Shown here piece by piece: positions 24,644 through 38,200 of a stretch of DNA of 64,000 nt. Each line of letters starts with the position of its first letter. The stretch's first letter is position 1. The position numbers and the translations under genes were made by a program. The notes beneath the pieces were generated by a model. That model was given only the letters and a program-made list of their open reading frames with translations. It had not been told where the DNA came from and did not search any database. Source of the stretch: Macrostomum lignano (taxonomy: Eukaryota); NCBI GenBank assembly GCA_002269645.1, contig NIVC01000284.1:620001-684000 (forward strand), read 5' to 3'.

Positions 24644-27133
24644 AATGTGAGGGTTTCACAAGAGATATTCAGACAGACATTCGAAACGATCGTCTTTAAC
24701 TTTAAACAAAATTGACCCACTTCAACCATCTTTTTGGCAAATACTTACGCAAGTGTTGGGCGTCGAATAAGCTTTAATTTATTAACTGAAGTAAAAATCC
24801 TTCTGACATACATTGATTTAAAAATTGCTTAGCAACACTAGCTCTGATTAGAAATCGCTTTACTGTTGACTAAAATTGTTTTGATCGTAGCAGCCTAAAA
24901 GCAGATACTGGATTTAAAAATGCTTCAATTTACTCTATACGCATGTCTCAGCTTTAAAATGACACCTCAGGCGTCGCAAAAGACAGCTTTGATGCTGGGA
25001 TGTTCGACACTAAACATGCATTGCTTTGCGCAATCTCACATTCAGAAATTTCACTGATTTTTTGTCGATATTTGTGCAGCTGCCGTGTCCTTGTTTTTCA
25101 TCAGAAACTTGTCAAATTCTAGTCATGTCCAGTTTAAACCTGGACTTCTCTTAAACTGTCTTAAGTATTTGATTTTTAATGATTCCTGCCTTTATATTGC
25201 ATAGATTGTACCTGAGTCAGTGAGTCTGTGAGTGTACATTTGTACATATGGCAACCAATCATGACTTTTTCACCGCTTTGCGGTTCAAATAAATATACGA
25301 GTGTACGAGAAACATGTTCCAACTGTTATTGAGAGAAATTGACGTCGCGTTTATTAGCAGTCAGTGGCAATTAATATGAAGCAAATAGTTTATTGTTATG
25401 TTTTTACTTTTTTGCGTGGCAATTCTGCTATCCAAATTGGAATGAGGTAAGCGGTGGGAATAAAATAAAAAGGAAGAATTTTTTCTACTGTTGTTGCAAC
25501 CCAATAGCTATATGTACTTCAAACTTTTTAGATTGAACAGGCGATTTCTAATGTACTGCTAAGCTTTCCAATCCCTACGGACTACAGTAGCAGTTCTTAA
25601 CTTTTTTTCTGTCTTGACTTCTAGACTCGGAATTCGGAACAACCTAAGGAGCCGCATGAAAATATTTAATTGGATAAAGATATTTTCTAAAAACAGCTCA
25701 AATCGTGACACATCTTCTTCTCACCTCAGTCCATCAACTGCTGCTCCTTCTGAGACCAAATCGATCGTGAAAGTAAAACAGATCAGTTTAGATCCCATGG
25801 CCATGAATACAACCATTTCAATTGTGAACCTGCTTCGCTTACAAGTACGAGCACTAGCCTTCCATTTGATGCCATTAGCTCACTTAACTCTGAAATAGTT
25901 CAAGGACGGTTCCAAATGTTGAGATCTGACGTAGAAGCAGTCCAATTTGTGGAAATTTATCAACTGGACTCCATGAATCACTCCAATGAAAGGCAGCGAA
26001 TAGCTGCAAAATGCGTAAACAAGTTTAAGTGAGTCACAAAAACCCCATTTACTGTAACTACATACACTTGTACGTTAGCAAGGCTCCATGCGATGGTTAA
26101 TAAATGGAGAAGTAGACAAGCATCTGAACAAATATTGAATAAAAATCAGTGAAGTTTCCGAATGTGAGTTTGAGCAAAGCAATGTTTAGTGTCGAATATC
26201 TCAGCATCAAAGCTGTCTTTTGCAATGCCTGAGGTGTCATTTTAAAGCTGAGACATGTGTATAGACATGACTAGAATTTGACAAGATTCTGATGAAAAAC
26301 AAGGACATGGCAACTGCACAAATATCGACAAAAAATCAGTGAAATTTCTGAATGTGAGATTGCGCAAAGCAATGCATGTTTAGTGTCGAATATCTCAGCA
26401 TCAAAGCTGTCTTTTGCGACGCCTGAGGTGTCATTTTAAAGCTGAGACATGCGTATAGAGTAAATTGAAGCATTTTTAAATCCAGTATCTGCTTTTAGGC
26501 TGCTACGATCAAAACAATTTTAGTCAACAGTAAAGCGATTTCTAATCAGAGCTAGTGTTGCTGAGCAATTTTTAAATCAATGTATGTCAGAAGGATTTTT
26601 ACTTCAGTTAATAAATTAAAGCTTATTCGACGCCCAACACTTGCGTAAGTATTTGCCAAAAAGATGGTTGAAGTGGGTCAATTTTGTTTAAAGTTAAAGA
26701 CGATTGTTTCGAATGTCTGTCTGAATGGGTCTCCCTAAAACACGCCCCGCACCGCCCTGCAGCGCTACACATTAAAACAAATTGGACTATAACTAAAGAC
26801 ACTTCAGAATGCGTTTTCTGTTAAGCTTCAAGTTTTTATTAAATTTAGTTTTTTTTACTTTGAAATATAAAATTCGGTGAACAATAAGTGATATTAATAA
26901 TAATATTAATAAAATAATAATATTATAATTTAATAATGAAAACGAGAATATAAAAAATTATAATATTTAAAAAAATAAATAAAGATATTTATTCCATTAC
27001 TATTTTAACTTTTCCAATCAAATCAAATACTGCCATTGACAAAAAATGTTATAATGTGTAGCAGTTCGGGGCCCGGTGCGGGGCGTGTTTTAGGGAGCCT
27101 TTGTCTGAATATCTCTCGTGAAACCCTCACATT
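24644..27133. mobile_element. Long-TIR (foldback-type) segment inside the hAT-like element
   Basis: Near-perfect inverted repeat of about 480 bp: 24644-25130 vs 26265-26726 plus 27102-27133. Part of the right arm is also duplicated, diverged, at about 26140-26265. Confidence 0.8.
26727..27101. mobile_element. Mutator-like MITE (375 bp) with 9-bp TSD
   Basis: TIRs CTCCCTAAAACACGCCCCGCACCG and CGGTGCGGGGCGTGTTTTAGGGAG. TSD TGTCTGAAT at 26718-26726 and 27102-27110. The uninterrupted target is visible in the left arm (24667-24680). Confidence 0.85.
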
Positions 27134-28620
27134 GCTCACATTTCAGACAACTGGGAATGTATATTTTAATATCTTACATAAGGCTATAGCTATAGGCTAT
27201 ATCGCCTATATGACTTAATAGGATTTAAAGAGTTATTTTGTTTCATATTTTAAGGCAGTGCATAAAAAATAGCTTAAGCATGGTTAAGCCTTTAAAGAAA
27301 AATGGTTATAAGACCGCACCTAAACCGCACCTACTTTTTTAATTTCAGGGTGCGATTTTAAAATTTAGGGTGCATACGCACACTCTGCGCACAAAAAAAA
27401 ACCCTGCTTAAAAGCAATATTTAATTTCATTATTTTGATAATATTAATGATTGAATTATTATAACTAGTTATTAGGATTTATAATTAATAGTAGTTTTTA
27501 TTTAAGACTATTATTGGCTATATCATCTTATAAATAGACTAATTTTAAGAGAAAAAATTATAATGTGTAAGAAATAAATAATGAATACTTCTAAATGTTC
27601 AGAAAAAACTTATATAGGACAATACATAAGCTTCTTACAACAATGCATACAATATACATATATAATCTTCTAAGTTTGTGCTAGTTATACAAGTTGAAGT
27701 TAGTCTTGATAAAAATGGAACTTTGTTAGCTCTAGTTACATCTTCCTTTCTTGTTTTGTTACATGTTTATCTTCCCTCTTATTTATCTTTCCTATATGCA
27801 ATGAGAACTTAAAGTTGGTATCAAAGAAATTAGCATTATATTGTATAGTCATTGTCCATTCATTATACTCTTTATTTTAGTTGTGTTATTACTGGCAAAA
27901 GTATTGCTGCTTTAGTCTATTGTCTATCCTTTAATCTAGTAATTCCCTGCCAGGATAGAATCTTTGCATGGCAATTTTAGAACCAAAAGTTGCATGCAAT
28001 TTTTTTGTACAAGTTTTTTATTCTAAACTATGCAAATTTTATTTTTTATGATGTGTTATATAAATTTTAAATAAATTGAGGTGCCGGCGTGTTTTGATGT
28101 ACTGCACTGCACCTGACTCACCTGAGTCCAATATTGAGTAACTCTAAACAGCCAGCCAGCCTACCTAACCGAACCGGCCTACTCCGGTGTATGCTGCTCT
28201 GCGTACTTTCTCTCTCTCCCCCTTGACATGATAATATTCAGTAGTGATCGATTCTGAGTTTTAAGCCCACTTACTTGTTTGTCTTTTAAGCCTATATATT
28301 GGTCTCGCCACCTACCACCTTGTAACTCACTGTCATTGCAATATTTTGCTTGTCTCAAATATACAACCTTGTACTTGACTCAAACCAAGCCCACAGGCGG
28401 CCTTGTCATCATTTACTGGGCGCAACTTGACATAAATATCTAAAGATAAGTTTTATAATTATCTTTTAATGTTGATGTAATGTTCAGTTCAGTGGCTTTG
28501 CTTTTAAATACAATCTCTTTGTTTTATTATAACAAATTACAAGTGTAATATTCAATATCTTATAATGAAATTGTGGTGACTGCGTTTCGCTTTCTGTGCA
28601 GAGTGGGAGATGGGGGGGGG

Positions 28621-28622
<2 letters not shown>

Positions 28623-28652
<30 letters not shown>
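28623..28652. repeat. (CT)n microsatellite
   Basis: Direct reading of the sequence. Confidence 0.9.
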
Positions 28653-28654
<2 letters not shown>

Positions 28655-29256
28655 TTGTACTCGCGCATGTGCATACTCTGGAGCGCGAGCACACCAGAGG
28701 TAGCGGCTGATTGGTCAGCCTAGTCAGGCTGGAAAATAAACTGGTATTTATTGAGAGAGCTAGGCTTGGCCAGCTCTAAGAAGTTTTTTCTCTCTGCAAG
28801 CCACACAGACTTTGTTACAGAAATCATACATTTTTTGAACAGATAAAAGCTTTTCACACATAAACCTTTTAGAGTTGCACAAGTTTGCTAGAAATATGTG
28901 TGCAAGTTTTTGTCAGCTCACATGGGATGTGTTCAGGATTTTATACAAAAATCTATTTTGGTATCCCTGTAAGCCTAGAACCTATGTTTTATGTTCTAAA
29001 ATATTTATATTTGCCTTGAGCTAAGAAATCCAAGCTGCATTTTCTTATTCTGACAGAATTCAATAGACTGCATTTCACATTCATGACATTTGCCTTGCTC
29101 CTTTGTTTTTTTTGTTACTTGCATTGTCTAGTTTGGCAAGGTTTTATGCATACCATCAGGGCAAGTGTTTTTAGGCCTATATTGCTAGTCATGGTCAAAT
29201 TTTGACAAACTTTAACTATATATCATAAACCATATAGCCTTCAAATTCATAACTTT

Positions 29257-32200
29257 ATGATGGAAAATGAGAGACCAGTGGATGCAAATCTGCCACTATT
29301 TCCAAGCATAATTCTTTTGTGCAGTCTCACCAGCTTCTCCATCATGAGTGGCCTATGTTTTTGCATCAAGATTCGCTCATTGTTTCACAAAGTCAAGAGT
29401 CCAGAGACAACTACTGCCAGTGGAAAAAGTAGCAACAGAGCTGCTAAAAGACGCAGCACTGCTTCTGCCGGCGGCAGCTTTGCTGGCAGTCACTGCTGCG
29501 CTGAGGAGGTCAATGCCAATGGCTCAGTAGATAGCAATGTTAGACTTGTGGGCAGTTCAGAGGATCCGGATGATGCGTAAGTTTAAAGTTCCTCATCATC
29601 GGGCTTGAATGAATTTATTTTATTGACCTTTATACAACTGTAATAAAGAATTCTAACTATTTCAAAAGTACAATAGGAATTCCCTAGAGACTTTTTTATC
29701 TAGCCGATTCCCCCGGACCCTTAAATTATCTAAGGATTTCCCTTGAACCCTTTTATTATCTGAGGAATTCCCCTGGACCCTTTAATTATCTGAGGAATTC
29801 CCCTGGACCCTTTAATTATCTGAGGAATTCCCCTGGACTTCTTAATTATCTGAGGAATTCTCCTAAACCCTTTAATTATCTGAGGAATTCCACTGAGCCC
29901 TTTTATTATCTGAGGAATTCCTCTGGACCCTTTAATTATCTGAGGAATTCCACTGGGCCCTTTAATTATCTGAGGAATTCCCCTGGACCCTTTAATTATC
30001 TGAGGAATTCCCCTGGACTTCTTAATTATCTGAGGAATTCTCCTAGACCCTTTAATTGTCTGAGGAATTCCACTGAGCCCTTTTATTATCTGAGGAATTC
30101 CTCTGGACCCTTTAATTATCTGAGGAATTCCCCTGGACTTCTTAATTATCTGAGGAATTCTCCTAGACCCTTTAATTATCTGAGGAATTCCACTGGGCCC
30201 TTTAATTATCTGAGGAATTCCCCTGGACTTCTTAATTATCTGAGGAATTCTCCTAGACCCTTTAATTATCTGAGGAATTCCACTGAGCCCTTTTATTATC
30301 TGAGGAATTCCCCTGGACTTCTTAATTATCTGAGGAATTCTCCTATACCCTTTAATTATCTGAGGAATTCCACTGAGCCCTTTTATTATCTGAGGAATTC
30401 CTCTGGACCCTTTAATTATCTGAGGATTTCCACTGGACCTCTCAATTATACGAAGAATTCCCCTGGGGCCTGGACCCCTTAATTATCTGAGGCATTTACC
30501 TGGACCCTTAAATATTTGAGGAATTCCATTGGTCTCTTTGATTATCTGAGAAACTCCCCTCAGCCTTTGGCCTTATCGATCTGGAAATTCCCCGCAAAAA
30601 AGTTTCCACCTGGAGACATACAATCGGTTTTGTGTGTCGTTATTGCTAACTGCAGAAAAAAGGGGCGATCCCCTTTTATCCTCTGCTAATCAGAGAAATT
30701 CCCCTTTAATCCCCTACTTACCTGGAAAATCGCCCGGCCGCTCGCATCCGCAGGGACGCCAGCGCGGGAATCTACGAGACCACCGCCAGTCTGGACGGCC
30801 TGGATCTTCGCTGCACCGTCGTGTCTGTCGGCGTCCATCACGGCTGCGCAACCGAAGCCGGAGACAACGGCGTCAATGCGGACTTGAGCAGCGTGGACTG
30901 TCGGGATCGGCACAGCGCTCTCGCTAGCAACGGCGAGCCTCATAAACGGGTCAGCCTCCGAGAGAGCTTCATCGCCAGGCTTAGCGGACTGTCCGCGAGT
31001 GTGCAGCTGGGCCACCGGGGTCAGCGACAGTCCAATGGTGCCCACGCTGCGGTGCTAGATCCCGACGACTCCAATGAGCAGCTTGTTAGGCCGAGGTTCG
31101 TTTCTTTGCTGCCGCTGGTTGAGTTGACTCGCGATCCTAAATTTGGGGATTAGGACCTACGGTTTTGAAAGGGATTTCGACCCACGATTTCAATTTGGGA
31201 TTTCGTGGGATTCGATTTGGGATTTCGACCCACGGGATTTCGATTTGGGATTTTGACGCGCGGGATTTCGATTTGGGATTTTGACGCACGGGATTTCGAT
31301 TTGGGATTTTGACGCGCGGGATTTCGATTTGGGATTTTGACGCACGGGATTTCGATTTGGGATTTTGAAGCGCGGGATTTCGATTTGGGATTTTGACCCA
31401 CGGGATTTCAATTTTGGATTTTGACCCACGGGATTTCGATTTGGGATTTTGACCCACGGGAATTCGCTTTGGGATTTTGACCCACGGGAATTCGCTTTGT
31501 GATTTTGACCCACGGGATTTCAATTTGGGATTTTGATCCACGGTATTTCGATTTGTGATTTTGACCTACAGTTTGGTTATGATATTAGGGAGCTTTCGTA
31601 CTTACAAGACACAAATCTTTATCAAGATTTCCCATACGCATTGTATTCAAATCTGCATTTATAATGTCATATACTGTAAAAGTCCTGTTTAGCACAGCCA
31701 GGCCTCATAGGCCGCATAGATTCATATCTGCTGGATGTCTGTCCAAGCCATCATAGGGCTTTACTAGCGTCAATGCTGTGTTTGCCGCACTTAATGGGAT
31801 ATTTTGTGCATTCAAATCCCCAAGGCTGGTTAGGCGGGGGGGGGCTTGAATGCAGAATTTTCTTATCTACAGCTGGCCAGTTATACAGGGGACTGGGAGG
31901 CGCAATAAAACGGCTGTTGGGGACACTTCAGGATAAATAAACATGAATTTTGCTACTGTTTGGGATAAACTCTTCAATGCGGCTTCGGTTTATAGCGACT
32001 CTGACGGGTGGCTGCGCTGTCTTTACAGCCGTACTGGCTTGTGCACTTTTATTTCGCAGTGTGGCCCGCTTGCATTTTATAGTGATTTCAGAATCGCCCT
32101 CTCACCAACTCAAGAATCGCCCCTCACCAACTAAAGAATCGCCCTCTCACCAACTCAAGAATCGCCCTCTCACCAACTTAAGAATCGCCCCTCACCAACT

Positions 32201-35200
32201 CAAGAATCGCCCTCTCACCAACTCAAGAATCGCCATCTCACCAACTTAAGAATCGCCCCTCACCAACTCAAGAATCGCCCTCTCACCAACTCAAGAATCG
32301 CCATCTCACCAACTTAAGAATCGCCCCTCACCAACTTAAGAATCGCCCTCTCACCAACTCAAGAATCGCCATCTCAACAACTTAAGAATCGCCCTCTCAC
32401 CAACTTAAGAATCGCCGTCTCACCAACTTAAGAATCTTCCCTCACCAGCTCAAGAATCTTCCCTCACCAACTCAATAATCTCCCTTCACCAACTCAAGAA
32501 TCTTCCCTCACCAGCTCAAGAATCTTCCCTCACCAACTCAATAATCTCCCTTCACCACTCAAGAATCTTCCCTCACCAACTCAAGAATCTCCCTTCACCA
32601 ACTCAAGAATCTCCCCTCACCAACTCAAGAATCGCCCCTCAGCAACTAAAAAATCGCCCCTCAGCAACTAAAAATGCCCCGCCCCCACCCGCAGCCTGGA
32701 CACCCAGAGGTCGGTGCTGTCCACTAGAAGCCAGACAGACCGCGAGCTGCCTCCAGTGCCTGCCGCTGAAGCCGTGGACCTGCCACCCTCTGCCGCTTCG
32801 TCCTCGCCTCGCCTTCCGCCGCCGCCTCCCCCTCCTCCAGACTCCAGGGGCGCGCTATCATCCTGCGGACTGCTCCGCAGGCATCTGACCGACATCCCTT
32901 TGCCAGCTTTTGCCCAGCGCCTCGCCAACGGTTCGCTTCGCAAGCAGGCTCGAAACTCGAAGTCCGCCCAGCCCGACCAGCCGCCTGTGGCGTTTCCTCT
33001 GTCGGCAGCATCGCCGCCAGCGCCCGCTGATGCTGCTGAAGCTTGCGCAGCTGACGCCCCGGTCACTGCGGTGGGCTTGCCGACTGCGGTGTCGGTGTAC
33101 ACCATCGACAGCGATCTGACCAGCGAGGCCGATCCGCTGTACACCTCGCTGGGACCGGGACAGCAGCAGCAGGCTCAGCGAACTCAGCACCATAGCAACA
33201 GTGCAGCTGGCCATCATCATCACCATGAGCATATTTACGCCAGCATCAGCAGGGCTACTCCGCATCAGTACGACTCTGCGGCATCCGATTTCGACGGCTT
33301 GGGGACTGCCGCTGGATCCACCATCAATGCTGCTGCTGCTGCTGCTCCGCCTCCGCTACCGCCGTTGCCAAGGCGTAACTATGGACGCGAAGAGGTGGAT
33401 AGGATTCTGCAGATGCAGCAACAGCAGCTACAACAGCAGCAGCAGCAGGGACCGACTTACTATTCGAGTATCGAGTTGGATGCTAGTGGTAAATTGCTTT
33501 ATTGTGCATATTTTCTGTCTGTTAGTTTCATATTTATAGAGTTAGAAGTAGATTAAGGGGATATAGATTGAATGAGAGGTAGATTGAAAGACAGGCAGAT
33601 TGAGAGGTAGAGTGAGTGAGAGGTAGAGTGAGTGAGAGATACAGTAAATGAGAGGCAAATTGAAATACAGGCAGACTGAGAAAAAAGCAGAGTAGAGTGA
33701 GTGAGAGGTACAGTGGGAGAGAGCTAGAGTTTGAGAGAGGTAGAGAGGGAGAGAGGTAGAGTGGGAGAGATGTAGAGTGGGAGAGATGTAGAGTGGGAGA
33801 GAGTTAGAGTTTGAGAGAGGTAGAGTGGGAGAGATGTAGAGTGGGAGAGAGGTAGAGTGGGTGGGAGAGATGTAGAGTGGGAGAGAGGTAGAGTGGAAGA
33901 GATGTAGAGTGGGAGAGATGTTGAGTGAGGGAGACGTAGATTAAGTGAGAGGTAGAGTGGGAGAGAGGTAGAGTGGGAGAGATGTAGAGTGGGAGAGATG
34001 TAGAGTGGGAGAGATGTTAAGTGAGGGAGACGTAGATTAAGTGAGAGGTAGAGTGGGAGAGAGGTTGAGTGAGGGAGACGTAGATTAAGTGAGAGGTAGA
34101 GTGGGAGAGAGGTAGAATGGGAGAGATGTAGAGTGGGAGAGAGGTAGAGTGGGAGAGAGGTAGAGTGGGAGAGAGGTAGAGTGGGAGAGAGGTAGAGTGG
34201 GAGAGAGGTAGAGTGGGAGAGATGTAGAGTGGGAGAGATGTAGAGTGGGAGAGAGGTAGAGTGGGAGAGAGGTAGAGTGGGAGAGAGGTAGAGTATGAGA
34301 GAGGTAGAGTGGGAGAGAGGTAGAGTGGGAGAGAGGTAGAGTAGGAGAGATGTAGAGTGGGAGAGAGGTAGAGTGAGGGAGACGTAGATTAAGTGAGAGG
34401 TAGAGTTGGGGTCATGGGTCACCTGAATTCAGAACTGCAGTTTCCAATGCCTATGTTTATTGGCCACAGCGCGCATTGCAGTTGGTAACGCAGCTCGAAT
34501 GTGCACGATTATACTGAACTGCGGAGAAGCGAATTCGCTGAATCGGGTCAAATTTATTTTTCTGTTAAAAAGGTCTTTTCTTTCTATGCCAGCGCAGCCT
34601 ATTGAAGCTGGCAATTCGCTCCGAAAAGTTCAAATTCGAATAAATTATTTATATTGCTGATTCTGCTGCCGAGATTCGCGCAAACTTATCGGGGGTGGGA
34701 AATTAGAGTGAGCACATAATGATAGAAGCTTCTCTTATCATATATGCATATGTATTTGATTTAGTTCCACCCTTATGAGTTTCTGAGATTTATCAATTTT
34801 CTTTCTGGCAATTCCTCGCCCTAGCCAAGGCGAGGCTGCATGCTTTATATTTTCTTCAATCTCTTTCACAAGAGGAGTCTGTGATTAATTATTTTTTCTC
34901 CCGAGGATAGGCGATAGGCTGGTTGCGCTGCTGTTGACTGCGCCACTGCTCTCACCCAGTGTACACTCCATGCCGTGCTGCTCCAGTCGCTTCGTGAACT
35001 TGGTTTGACCTCGCTAAGGTTCTCAGGCTCTTAGAGACTGAAGCTCTAATGTAATCCAGCTCTCAGATGCTCAAATACTCTTAGATACTTAGACTCTAAG
35101 GTACTCAGACACTAAGATCTCTGACACTCAGACAGTAAGACACTTGGACACTATGAAACCCATAGACTAAGCCTATCGGACACTAGGAAACCTATCGGAC

Positions 35201-38200
35201 ACTAGGAAACCTATCGGACACTAGGAAACCTATCGGACACTAGGAAACCTATCGGACACTAGGAAACCTATCGGACACTAGGAAACCTATCGGACACTAG
35301 GAAACCTATCGGACACTAGGAAACCTATCGGACACTAGGAAACCCATAGACTAAGCCTATCGGACACTATGAAACCCATAGACTAAGCCTATCGGACACT
35401 AGGAAACCCATAGACTAAGCCTATCGGACACTAGGATACCCATAGACTAAGCCAATCGGACACTAGGAAACCCATAGACTAAGCCAATCGGACACTAGGA
35501 AACCCATAGACTAAGCCTATCGGACACTAGGAAACCCATAGACTAAGCCTATCGGACACTATGAAACCCATAGACTAAGCCAATCGGACACTAGGAAACC
35601 CATAGACTAAGACACTCGGACACTAGGAAACCCATAGACTAAGCCTATCGGACACTAGGAAACCCATAGACTAAGACACTCGGACACTAAGAAACCCATA
35701 GACTAAGCCAATCGGACACTAGGAAACCCATAGACTAAGACACTCGGACAATAGGAAACCCATAGACTAAGACACTCGGACACTAGGAAACCCATAGACT
35801 AAGACACTCGGACAATAGAAAACCCATAGACTAAGACACTCGGACACTAAAAGACAGACGGCCCGTGCAGACTATAATCTTCTCAAATTTTTAAGGCAGT
35901 CACCCAGTTTTATAGTTAGTCACAACAGTGCGTCTTTTCTGTGTCTGGTTTAGTCCTGTAAATGATGAGCTGACTGGTAGATGGATCGATTCTCTCCGTT
36001 CGCGGTCACAGCTGTGATGTTAGGAGGCGGCTCTGGTTTATCACGAATTTTGGACTGACGGGAATTTTCTAAATAAATCGTGGGTCATGGAGCGAGGGGA
36101 TTTTAAAATATATACTGTATATTGCTGACTTCCCATCTACTATTTTTTCGGCTGGCTAATAGCAGAATTCTCAAATGATTTCCCAGGAGATTTATATTGA
36201 TGAAATCCTTTGTGGCCAGTCAGTTTCACGAATAATGCTCTGAATTATGCTGTTTTGTTTTACTTGCAGTTTCTATAGAAATAGGGTAGCTTGACAAATC
36301 TGAAAGCAGCCAACTAGCTGCTTCTATGCAGGCAAATGAGGGCTAATGGAGCGTTGCTTTTGTAGCCCCTCCCCTCCGCTGCTCAGGTAATGAGCGACTG
36401 GAGATGTGAGGAGAGGAAAAAGAGAGAGAAACGCTGGACAAAACTGTTTGGGCTATGCAGGAAGAGCAAATCTTGAAATGCTAGTTAGGAATAAACTTTG
36501 GAGGAAGGAAAAGTCCCACAGCACGTATGTAAGCTGTGGTTCTTATTTCTGTGCAAGAAATTGACTCAAACATGCGAGATTCGGATGCACAACAGAGCTC
36601 GTGACCGATATAGATGGAATACGATAGCAACAATAATAATGACTGATTACACCTGCCCCAATTGAGCCAAATGTGCAACCGACAGCTCAGCCGCAGCTAT
36701 TGCGCGCCGCATCTGAAGGCTGCGTACGGCTGTTCAGTCCAAGGCCTGGGGGGGTCGCCACACACCCTGAATTACCCCAGCTCATGCTGGCACCCATTTT
36801 ACAGCTGGGTAAACTGAAGCAATGCAGAGTTAAGTGTCTTTTGCTAAAGGACACAAATTGTTCCGAGTGGGTCGAGAATCGAACCCCCGACCTTTCAGTC
36901 GTGAGTCCGACGCTCTGACCACTGGGCTACAACGATAGCAAGCAAGCAGAAACGCGAAGGCAATATTCTACTAGCAATACACATGCATATAAGGTTTGCT
37001 TTGCTGATAGCGGGCAAAATTGACGGGAAATATTGAAGGCACTGGAGTCGGATATGGTGCGGGCTTAAAAGTGCAGATCGCAGATCAGCAGGCAGATGGT
37101 TTCGCGTGTTCGACCACAAGGCCTGCGTAGACAGATGCTGGAATCGGATGAATAATAGTATCAGTATCGTGCGAATGTGGATCACATATTCCCATGAGGG
37201 GGGATTTCAAAATGCAGGCAGAAGGGGTTTTAACTTGGAGCTGCCTCTTTGACAAAAAAGCCTTATGTAGTGTAAGCTCACTCCTGTCCAGCATGCCTAG
37301 CAAATCTCATCACAGAATAACCACCAGAGCAACTGCAGCCAGCGAGGATAGGCCTGTTTGCTAACTTTTACAAGTAACGCCATATAATAACCAATGACTA
37401 CAGGTTGTTGTAATTTTTGATACAGCCTGTCAATCTAGCTAGTTATACAATCTACAGTCTAATGTACAGCCATTCAGCTGGTTGGATCTTCTCGGCTGGA
37501 CAAGTTTTGAATTGCAGAGGCGCGCTGCTGAACTGGCAGATATAGTCTATGGCCAGTCTCTTGATCGCGCCAGCAGGAAATATATATTTTTATTTTCAAG
37601 CTTCGTCGCGACAGACATGAATAGAGAGTTATTGAGAACAAATTCCAGATCGTTTTGAGAAAGTCTGGGGAAGACATGACTGTTCTAAAAGTCTACAGAA
37701 AGAGTCAAGTTCAACTTTCAAGTTTTTAATAAATAATAATTATTAGAAAACTACAACTTCCGATATGTTGTGTAGAAAACTTTATACACTGCGAAAGTTA
37801 ATAAAAATTTCAAATTGCACACAATTTTAGTGCAGTTTTCTTCCCTGCTGTAGCTTAGCTGCTTAATTGTGCGTTCACGATTAGTCAGTGATCCCGTGGA
37901 TTAGTTCACACTTCTACGAGTATCTCTCCCGTTTACGAAGGCCGTGCTTAAGTAATCCTTATTATTTGTCATGTGACGTTTTCATAGAAGATCCAATGAT
38001 TAACGAAAAAAGTTTAGCCTTTTAGTCCGCGTTATTTGGTAGTAGAACGAAAATTTAATTCTGGAGCCGATTTTATGAAAAATATCATAATTATTGCGTT
38101 TCATGAAGACGAGTGACAATTGGCAATTTGTCAAGTCGTTTTTGCCGATTTTTGGCCATAGACAACACAAGTTTAGCTTCAGCACTATCGAAGGGTCCCA

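Larger units (their letters stand above)
24537..27406. mobile_element. Non-autonomous hAT-like element with 8-bp TSD
   Basis: Perfect TSD CTTAAAAG at 24529-24536 and 27407-27414. Ends are CTGGGTTTTTTTTT.. and ..AAAAAAAAACCCTG, with subterminal GGTGCG/CGCACC repeats. Confidence 0.75.

Noticed and set aside
25614-26030. Short ORF and coding-looking text between the long inverted arms
   Set aside because: Broken by stops in all frames, with no recognisable transposase motif.
36870-36930. tRNA-like sequence (also near 54520-54567 and 59600-59654)
   Set aside because: These are SINE heads with degenerate stems followed by a shared SINE body, not functional tRNA genes.
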